Positions 57,347 through 64,000 of a stretch of DNA of 64,000 bases are shown in pieces (position 1 is the stretch's first letter; each line of letters opens with the position of its first letter). Location of the stretch: IMG/VR virus record IMGVR_UViG_3300023238_000004; one strand, given 5' to 3'. A model generated the notes under the pieces. It was not told the origin of the DNA. It saw only the letters and a program-made list of their open reading frames with translations, and did no database searches. The translations under genes were made by a program, and so were the position numbers. The stretch is from a virus.

Positions 57347-57666
57347 TAGTTCTCTCCCTTATCCAATTCAAGCCTATTACAAATCCTATTCATGAGACTC
57401 TTCAAGTCCTCTTTCCAAGACGCGTCGGCTATCATTTGTGTGGTCTTTGTCGTCTTTTCTTGGTCTTGTCTCTCTAGAATCTTTGTAATACACTCAATAG
57501 ATTGTCTGGAAATGTCCCTGTTTTCTTCTTCTAGTCTTTTATTAGAAGCGGAAAGAGATTTCACCCATAGCATCAACACAATCAGAGCACCACCGGAGCC
57601 AGTAATTAAACTGACCCAGTAAGGATCTGCCGATGATGTTTCGGCTTCTGCGATTATGTAAAACAT
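57346..57666 (-). CDS. Single-pass membrane protein with coiled-coil tail (holin-like?)
   Basis: YWVSLITGSGGALIVLMLWVK TM segment; GAGG RBS. Confidence 0.55.
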   Translation of the reverse strand: MFYIIAEAETSSADPYWVSLITGSGGALIVLMLWVKSLSASNKRLEEENRDISRQSIECITKILERQDQEKTTKTTQMIADASWKEDLKSLMNRICNRLELDKGEN

Positions 57667-57681
57667 GATTGTACCTCATCT

Positions 57682-57691
57682 TATTATACAC
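57682..57691 (-). promoter_or_regulatory. GTGTATAATA putative late-type promoter
   Basis: Intergenic, 16 nt upstream of the ATG at 57666; no -35 at canonical spacing. Confidence 0.6.
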
Positions 57692-57694
57692 CAA

Positions 57695-60600
57695 CTATGC
57701 GTACTGAGTTTGGCAAGCTCCCCCTGAACATGCCGTTGTTTCCTCTATTTTGGTATTATCCTCTTCTTCTACCATTCCTGAATAATCGATGTCCTTGTAC
57801 TCTCTTTGAAGGTCACACCAGTATTTCCAATTATTTACGTCCTTTAGACAGTATGTCATCTTTTTGACATCACCATCGAAGTATCTTTCCGCAAACTGTT
57901 TAGACCTTCTAACCCAATCATGTTGACTCCAAAGCTTTTTATAGCCTTCTTCTGCTGCAAAAACAATGAATGGGGGCACATCTGCACCTTCTTCGATGCC
58001 ATTTCTTAGCTCTTTAAGCTCTTTTTCTGCCTCTTCTAACTTACCATAGTCGACCTTCCTTACACCAAGGGCCGCTTCACAAGCACTCCAAAGGTTGCCC
58101 TCAAAGGCATGTAATCCATCGGTAATCATACCAGAAGCCATTACAGAAGCATCTCCGTACATAGTAACTAGCTCTCTGGGGGTATAGATCGCCGTAAAGG
58201 GGGCCTGTTGGTAGTCCTTGTCGCCACTAATGGACAACAGGCTGATACCAGCAAAGTACTCTCTATTGGCGTAAATATACTCAGTTACGTCTTCCCACTC
58301 ATCGTCTTTAACAGTAATGGTGTTAGAAACATTGTGGGATAACCAAGGCCTAGTACATCTTTCTTCTACTTTACCTGCCTCTACCCAGTGCTGTTGTGTC
58401 GATTTGACATAATCTAGCAACTGAATAGCACCAATGTCATTCTTTGTCTTTGCTCCCTTAGGAACTTCTACACAAAATGCGATCACATTGTCTGTTCCGT
58501 TGGCTGACCAAACGGACTTTTCCACGGCCAAGGGGTTCGTTTTGGTAAAGAAGGCCAGTGGAGCCTCCAGGTAGTTGCTCTGAGTGCGTCGGATGTATCT
58601 TTTGGCATGGTGGGGGTGAATGCCGCTAGAAGTCCCTAGGACGCAACTGGTGGTCCCTGCGGGCTTCACGCAAGTTGCCCTTGCGGTTGGGTTAATCCCA
58701 ATAGCTTTGGCAATACGCTTGTTTTCTTCTAGGATTACTCTTGCCCCTTCCTTTTGTACCTCTGGATCAAACAATACGTCTGGATTATCCATCATGCCAG
58801 TAACAGAAATACCAAGTAGGGCTTCTTTTTCTAGGATTCGCTTACTAACGTCTCCAAGGTAGCCCATGTCAGTATAGCCAGCCTGGGCAGTCCCAATGAT
58901 GGCCCCAGCTTTGCAAGCACTATAGAACCTTTCTGGGGTGTTGCAATGCTTGCCGTTAATCTCACAAAGGTTACACTGCTTAGTTAATACGTTGTTGAAT
59001 GTGCATTGGTTCTTTTCTTCTTCGTATACGCAATAGGTGGTGTGCAAGCCTTGTAGCTTTGTCACAGATTGAATAATTTGCCTTCTACCTTTACTTTTCG
59101 ACCTAAGTTTGACTGCATTTGGTATTTGAAGATACCAAACTGAACGTCTCCTTTCTCCAATATTTGTAATTGAACCAGCTTCGGACATTAGGTTTACACT
59201 AGAATTAACCCCAACCTTGGTCAAAAGAAGTTGACAATCTCTAATTTTACTCTCTTCGCCGTATAGTCTACATCCATCATTGGCTTTTGATCCATCTGCG
59301 TCAATCCACCCACTAACAAACTCCAATATGCAATGTTCATCCCAGGTAAATACATCTCTAGGTAGCCCTTGAGAGTATTTGAGGTCACAACTAAATTTGT
59401 TATCTAGATCTGTAAAGGTTATATGAGCGTGTTCTAAAGCGTATTTTTCATTCGGGGGCTTAGTTTCACTCTGTTTTCCTCGTAGGTTTAGCTTAAAGTC
59501 GTCTCCAAATAGGGTTGCAAAAGGAGAATGATTAGGTCTAGCCGTCCCATCTCCTAAGACAAAACCATACTCATAGGCATACTCTTCCCACCTACCTCCA
59601 GGGTTTACACAATTAACCCTGGGCGTCGATATTTTATACTTTTCACCCGTCAGCAGGTCTTTAGTCTTAACAACCCTATATTCTTGTTCAAACCTGTTTT
59701 TAACTAGCCATTCGTGATTATCGGTACAGTCTAGATAAGACCCATCAGAAAGTTCTACTCTGTATAGTTCTCTATTTTCACCTGTCACAAATGGGTTTAC
59801 GGTTTTCCAGGAGTCACCATTCCAAATTTTACAATCTTTACCTACGAGATTTTTGATGTTATCAATGCCGTCCTTGGTAATTAGTTTTGTATCTCCAGAA
59901 ACACAAGCCTGCCATCCGCTTTCTCCGGTCTCTACGCATACTGGGTAGAAGCCAATCTCTACACAGGGATTTACCATTAAGTCTCTATGGTCTACCCAAA
60001 CAAACCCAGGCTCTCCATACTGTTTAACGAATCCCATTAGAGTCTGGAATTCTTCAAATGTCGTTTCGCCTCTAACTAGCACAGCCGAATTGTTTGAACG
60101 TCCACGCTGTGGGTTGTCAATGAACCAGTTCCCAGTCTTGGCTTTCGCCATTTCTTCGTCATCTGGGCTGAATAAACAAATAGTAGCACTACGTCTGATA
60201 CCACCAGAGATAACAGCATCGCTAGCGTGCATGATGATATCATAACAGTTGATTGACTTAAATCGAGTCTGTCCTGCGGCAAGGGCATCGGCAAAAATTA
60301 GTTTGATCTTATTGAGGGCTTTTTGTAAAGGTTCGGGGCCTGGAGCCTTCCCCCTGCCGCTACCAACCTTAGCACCTTCTGGTCTAATTTCTGAGAGATC
60401 AAATTCAACATTGTATCCCTCATACTCTGGGAAGTCTCCTCCCCCATAGACACTACTAATGAAAACCCCTAGTGTATCTGCCCAGCCCTCTATGGAGTCT
60501 TCTGCCGTAAAGACTTTAGTGTGTCGACCATCGTTGTCGTTCCATTTCTTTGAGAAGCTAGGTAGTCTATCAATATGATGGTCTTGTACTGAGAACCCAG

Positions 60601-61822
60601 TGCCACAGCCACACAAAAGAAGCCATAGGCACTCTTGAAAGAACCGTGACCTATCACAAAAACTGGCGATACAATTACCTGTTGGAGTTCCATTTGGTAA
60701 TACGAAAGATTTTGTATTTTCTACTTCTAGACACCACGTCTCTTCTACTTTCCCGTTTTCAACCCCTATAAGCTTTGTATAGGCAGAAGTCTTGGTATTT
60801 GTTTGATCTTGGATTCTAAACCTAATAGTGAAAGGTCTAGTACCGAAGTTTGTTTCTTGTCCTGTTAAGTCGGTTTCTGATACGATAAAGACTCCAGCAA
60901 CAGGGAAACACTTTCTAATAAACGCTATATGGTCCGCCTCTGACGACTGAATATAGTCACAAAAGCTACCGTTTTTATTGGTGTTCTTCGTACCGTCTGC
61001 CTGTAGATAGCCAGACACAAACGCCCTAATTAGCTCTGGAGAGTCTTTCTTTGGATCTGGGCTGGTCTTTTGGTATCTTCCAGTATAGCAAATAACATCC
61101 CCTCCTAAGGAATCAGAAGAAGATGACTTAAAACCACATCTAGTGAACCTGTCTTCAAAGTCAGAGTCTTTTCCGCCAAGCCTAACCATTGAGTAGTCTC
61201 CATTTATGATTCCGTCTCCATAGGTAAAACCATAACACCAATAGAGCCTTTCCTCTGGAGTAGCCTTCTCGTAATCAAACTCTTGAAAAGTGGGAACCTG
61301 TTTTAACAACTGGTCTCCCACCTTTAATCCATCTGTTATGGAGCCGTCTTTAAGTAACCACCTATGGTTTTCGGTAGCTTTTACCGAGAAGTAATTTGAA
61401 GACTTTTTGAAGTGTAGGGTATCAACCTTTGCTTTACCGTAGTTTTTAACGGTAGCGTTCTGCCAACTACCATCGTGAGACAGAACCTTTAGAATTTGAC
61501 CATCAAAACATTCGCTAAAAGCTTTTACCCCTTCCGAGGTTACAAATTGTTGGGTCTTATCAAAACAATTATACATCTTAGCGTTATTCTTCTCGATGTC
61601 GATACCACCGAACTGTAGGGCACGCTGCGACCCTAATACAACCTTTTTCTTGGACTGCTCATAAGCCCACTTCAAGTCTTCTGAAATCTCTGGATACTTT
61701 CTTAGCTGCATATCCAGCACTCTATCTTGGGATTCTACCCAGGTCTCTCTTCTTTTTAGGTCCGGTCTGTAGTTAGCATACTTGGACGTAAATGTGTAAT
61801 CTTGTAGAGCCTTAATTGACAT
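57695..61822 (-). CDS. nrdJ: Ribonucleotide reductase, monomeric class II-like (NrdJ/RTPR), with two inteins
   Basis: SQRALQFGG, YN|C, LLLCGCGTGFSV, GGIRRSA, NPCVEI, QA|CNLCEIN, VKPAGT; GAGG RBS supports a start at 61822; no NrdB in the window. Confidence 0.85.
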   Translation of the reverse strand: MSIKALQDYTFTSKYANYRPDLKRRETWVESQDRVLDMQLRKYPEISEDLKWAYEQSKKKVVLGSQRALQFGGIDIEKNNAKMYNCFDKTQQFVTSEGVKAFSECFDGQILKVLSHDGSWQNATVKNYGKAKVDTLHFKKSSNYFSVKATENHRWLLKDGSITDGLKVGDQLLKQVPTFQEFDYEKATPEERLYWCYGFTYGDGIINGDYSMVRLGGKDSDFEDRFTRCGFKSSSSDSLGGDVICYTGRYQKTSPDPKKDSPELIRAFVSGYLQADGTKNTNKNGSFCDYIQSSEADHIAFIRKCFPVAGVFIVSETDLTGQETNFGTRPFTIRFRIQDQTNTKTSAYTKLIGVENGKVEETWCLEVENTKSFVLPNGTPTGNCIASFCDRSRFFQECLWLLLCGCGTGFSVQDHHIDRLPSFSKKWNDNDGRHTKVFTAEDSIEGWADTLGVFISSVYGGGDFPEYEGYNVEFDLSEIRPEGAKVGSGRGKAPGPEPLQKALNKIKLIFADALAAGQTRFKSINCYDIIMHASDAVISGGIRRSATICLFSPDDEEMAKAKTGNWFIDNPQRGRSNNSAVLVRGETTFEEFQTLMGFVKQYGEPGFVWVDHRDLMVNPCVEIGFYPVCVETGESGWQACVSGDTKLITKDGIDNIKNLVGKDCKIWNGDSWKTVNPFVTGENRELYRVELSDGSYLDCTDNHEWLVKNRFEQEYRVVKTKDLLTGEKYKISTPRVNCVNPGGRWEEYAYEYGFVLGDGTARPNHSPFATLFGDDFKLNLRGKQSETKPPNEKYALEHAHITFTDLDNKFSCDLKYSQGLPRDVFTWDEHCILEFVSGWIDADGSKANDGCRLYGEESKIRDCQLLLTKVGVNSSVNLMSEAGSITNIGERRRSVWYLQIPNAVKLRSKSKGRRQIIQSVTKLQGLHTTYCVYEEEKNQCTFNNVLTKQCNLCEINGKHCNTPERFYSACKAGAIIGTAQAGYTDMGYLGDVSKRILEKEALLGISVTGMMDNPDVLFDPEVQKEGARVILEENKRIAKAIGINPTARATCVKPAGTTSCVLGTSSGIHPHHAKRYIRRTQSNYLEAPLAFFTKTNPLAVEKSVWSANGTDNVIAFCVEVPKGAKTKNDIGAIQLLDYVKSTQQHWVEAGKVEERCTRPWLSHNVSNTITVKDDEWEDVTEYIYANREYFAGISLLSISGDKDYQQAPFTAIYTPRELVTMYGDASVMASGMITDGLHAFEGNLWSACEAALGVRKVDYGKLEEAEKELKELRNGIEEGADVPPFIVFAAEEGYKKLWSQHDWVRRSKQFAERYFDGDVKKMTYCLKDVNNWKYWCDLQREYKDIDYSGMVEEEDNTKIEETTACSGGACQTQYA
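58976..59905 (-). mobile_element. RNR intein 2 (310 aa), LAGLIDADG, ends in Gln
   Basis: CVSGDT; CTDNHEW; YGFVLGDG and FVSGWIDADG; ends FNNVLTKQ with +1 Cys. Confidence 0.9.
60674..61567 (-). mobile_element. RNR intein 1 (298 aa), LAGLIDADG, ends Gly-Asn
   Basis: CFDKTQ; ATENHRW; YGFTYGDG and FVSGYLQADG; ends TWCLEVENTKSFVLPNGTPTGN with +1 Cys. Confidence 0.9.
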
Positions 61823-61861
61823 ATTTTCCTCATTGAATTTTACTTTGTTTCGGTGTGTAGA

Positions 61862-61897
61862 CAAAATAAGGCACCGCTCCGTTCAAGGCGGCACCTT
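61862..61897 (-). terminator. Intrinsic terminator-like hairpin upstream of nrdJ
   Basis: On the - strand, AAGGUGCCGC/GCGGUGCCUU (two G-U pairs) followed by AUUUUG. Confidence 0.55.
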
Positions 61898-61921
61898 TTC
61901 TGTTATTTGAATTTAGGGGTT

Positions 61922-62248
61922 TTACTCATCAAAGAACTTGCTCATGACCCACTTCACGATCACTTGAACAAGAATTTGAAACGCCACTGCTGCAAGTAAG
62001 GCACCCAGGAAGCCATGTTCTTCTTCTCTAGCCTTGTATAAACCTGCCTCAATAAAGGCAGAACACTCTCTTCTTCTCTTCCACTTGCTAAAAATGTTAA
62101 GACCGCAGCCATCACAGCTTGCCATCTTACTCCAATCTTCTAGGAAGTCTACTGCTCTTCCCGCTACCGCACTTTCGTTTGGATCACTTCCGAACTCTTT
62201 TTCAGCCTTTGACCTAATGCCTTCAAACTTACTCATCACTCTCTCCAC
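61922..62248 (-). CDS. Hypothetical protein with C-terminal TM helix, 108 aa
   Basis: GFLGALLAAVAFQILVQVIVKW hydrophobic segment. Confidence 0.6.
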   Translation of the reverse strand: MERVMSKFEGIRSKAEKEFGSDPNESAVAGRAVDFLEDWSKMASCDGCGLNIFSKWKRRRECSAFIEAGLYKAREEEHGFLGALLAAVAFQILVQVIVKWVMSKFFDE

Positions 62249-62711
62249 CTAAGGACCACGCGATAGCACTAAACCTTTCTGTCAGTGCCAATTTCTTCTC
62301 GTCTGTCAAAGGTGTATCAAACTCGCCCAGCACAGACTCCATAGCTTCCACTACAAGGGAACCAACTTCGCCCCCATAGTTGTCTTTCAGTTTCTTTCCG
62401 AATACCTCTTTGCTAACAGATGAATAAATCTGTAGGACAGATTGTCCCTTAGCTTCGTACTGGGAAATCCTATCTGAAAACTCTTCGTTGAAAATGGCGA
62501 AAGACTCTTGGTCTTGCTTCTCTGTAATAGTTTCACGCCATGGTGTAACCAAGGTAATCATTTCGTCACTAGGTCTTTCAATCTCCATCACTTGTCTAAT
62601 AGACGGTTCTGGAGTAACGATGACCGAGACAAGGCCCTTTTCAATCAAAGGGATAGAGCAACCTAGGATTATTATAGCTGTTCCGAGGATAATTCTCAAT
62701 CGCTTTTTCAT
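62229..62711 (-). CDS. Exported/membrane-anchored hypothetical protein, 160 aa
   Basis: Basic N-terminus plus hydrophobic stretch containing a Cys (signal/lipoprotein-like). Confidence 0.55.
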   Translation of the reverse strand: MKKRLRIILGTAIIILGCSIPLIEKGLVSVIVTPEPSIRQVMEIERPSDEMITLVTPWRETITEKQDQESFAIFNEEFSDRISQYEAKGQSVLQIYSSVSKEVFGKKLKDNYGGEVGSLVVEAMESVLGEFDTPLTDEKKLALTERFSAIAWSLGGESDE

Positions 62712-62713
62712 AA

Positions 62714-63124
62714 TTACTCTCCTTTTTCTGCGGGAGCAATAATGCCGTCAATAGAGGCAACACTCTCATCTTTGTCGTCTTCATTTAGATCGTTGCAATA
62801 CTCATCAACCATCTTGTTAAGCAAAGACTTCATGTCCTCTGCGGACTCTTGCATTCCATTGTCAACAAGAACATTTACAAAGTCTTCCCATTCTGAAACG
62901 ATATGGGCAAGCTTAGATCTTGCTGGCTTAACTGGTGCAACAGGAACCACTTCTACTTCAACCTCAGGCGTTGGACCCGATGGCATAGGCATTACTGGTG
63001 GTAATTTGTCAACTGCTTCCTTGCCCTTAAACATCTCCGTAATAGAATCGTATCCGAAGATCACTGGAACAAGTAAAACTAGTCCAATAACAACGCACAC
63101 TCCTACTAAAATTGGTGTAATCAT
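62714..63124 (-). CDS. Membrane-anchored hypothetical protein, 136 aa
   Basis: N-terminal TM, Pro-rich linker, helical C-terminus. Confidence 0.55.
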   Translation of the reverse strand: MITPILVGVCVVIGLVLLVPVIFGYDSITEMFKGKEAVDKLPPVMPMPSGPTPEVEVEVVPVAPVKPARSKLAHIVSEWEDFVNVLVDNGMQESAEDMKSLLNKMVDEYCNDLNEDDKDESVASIDGIIAPAEKGE

Positions 63125-63999
63125 TATCTCTTTTCCTCAAAGTCGTATGTGTCGATTAAAAACTGTACGTCCATGTCTTTGATTCCAAATCTTCGACTAA
63201 CGACAACATTGTCTTTAATCTCAACGAAGACAGGGATACTTTTGTTGCCCTCTCTAAGTCCTACATAGAAATCAGTAACGAGTGGATCGTCAATGTCAAG
63301 CACTCTAAAATCAGCACTTGCGATTTTCGAGAACTCTAAGCCCTCTACTTTCTTTTCGTATTCTTTAAGAGTCGTAGATTTGAACCGCTTACAAGGTCCG
63401 CACCATTCAGCAGAGAACATAATAACTTGATAAACAGTGTTGTCTACAGTATTTTTCTCTCTTTCTTTTCTAACAAACTCTTTCAATGGCTCTGCATCGC
63501 TAATAGCCTCAGCTACCACTGGCTCTTTTGTGAGTGTCTTCTCGTGACACTTACAGTTTTCACCACATGGGCAAGTTCCAGCCGCAGCTTGTTCTGGAGT
63601 ACAGGTACAACCAACGGCCTTTTCTCTTTCTTTCATTAGCTCTTCCAAACCCTCTCTAAGAATAGGTGCGTCAATGACGACCTCCTTATCAAGTTCTAGT
63701 TGCATTTGAGCCATTCTTTCTTCAATTGCGGCAATTCTGTCATCAGAAGATCTATTGCCGTGATACTTACAGTAAAGCTTTACCGCTCCACCGTCAGTAG
63801 GCATTAACCCAGTTCCCTTGCAAGCACAAATCTTTGGATCTGGGTCCATTCTTTGAACTTCGTCGATCACTACCTTTTTAATGAACTCTTTTTCAGCCCT
63901 ATTAAAAGCAGTTACGACAAGAGGATAGTATTCAGTGTAAGTACTATTCACAAGTCCAGTATCTACCTCAACAACTGCCGCTGGAGTTTGATCCCCAGG
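63124..63999 (-). CDS. Multidomain thioredoxin-fold protein (5'-partial)
   Basis: Frame is open to the right edge; CACKGTG...CKYH, Cys-rich CTC...CPCGENCKC, C-terminal FSAEWCGPCK. Confidence 0.75.
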   Translation of the reverse strand, partial: PGDQTPAAVVEVDTGLVNSTYTEYYPLVVTAFNRAEKEFIKKVVIDEVQRMDPDPKICACKGTGLMPTDGGAVKLYCKYHGNRSSDDRIAAIEERMAQMQLELDKEVVIDAPILREGLEELMKEREKAVGCTCTPEQAAAGTCPCGENCKCHEKTLTKEPVVAEAISDAEPLKEFVRKEREKNTVDNTVYQVIMFSAEWCGPCKRFKSTTLKEYEKKVEGLEFSKIASADFRVLDIDDPLVTDFYVGLREGNKSIPVFVEIKDNVVVSRRFGIKDMDVQFLIDTYDFEEKR

Positions 64000-64000
64000 A

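Noticed and set aside
61823-61921. Cobalamin riboswitch upstream of the class II-like RNR
   Set aside because: The intergenic space is only ~100 nt, and no B12-box-like sequence was seen.
1845-63639. Numerous 60-216 aa antisense or alternate-frame ORFs in the supplied track
   Set aside because: They lie wholly inside well-supported genes, lack RBSs and motifs, and are expected shadows of coding sequence.
1-64000. Eukaryotic giant virus (NCLDV) origin, suggested by the HNH family and huge repeat proteins
   Set aside because: Family C polymerase, DnaB/DnaG, Shine-Dalgarno sites, overlapping stop-start codons and sigma70-like promoters all point to a bacteriophage.
1-64000. tRNA, rRNA, CRISPR arrays and IS elements
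   Set aside because: No cloverleaf-like sequence, regularly spaced direct repeats or transposase was seen; intergenic gaps are short and mostly explained.

Overview
This window is a 64-kb slice of a large dsDNA bacteriophage genome. That call is inferred from gene content, Shine-Dalgarno sites and sigma70-like promoters, since no capsid, portal or terminase gene is present. Two gene blocks converge on a bidirectional terminator at ~21970-22005. The + block (1-21848) encodes very large, probably virion-structural proteins, including a >3200-aa protein with FG-GAP-like repeats that is cut by the left edge. The - block (22020-64000) encodes recombination genes, a glycosyltransferase cluster, replication genes (DnaE-type polymerase, DnaQ, primase, DnaB, RecA) and nucleotide metabolism genes (ThyA, NDT-like, dNMP kinase, MazG, dUTPase, PhoH, class II-like RNR, thioredoxin-domain protein). 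Six features stand out. (1) The family C DNA polymerase (DnaE) is broken into four ORFs; two of them carry the halves of a split intein with a dead endonuclease fragment between them, and a third carries an atypical mini-intein. (2) ThyA carries a ~272-aa HNH homing endonuclease fused in frame with no intein or intron signature. (3) The RNR has two LAGLIDADG inteins, each sitting directly before a predicted redox-active cysteine, and one ends in Gln. (4) A glycosyltransferase carries an intein. (5) Several short intergenic spacers are fossil 3' ends of homing endonuclease genes that still overlap or supply the start signals of the next gene. (6) Two distinct promoter motifs recur. All product calls come from motif recognition by eye; no database search was run.
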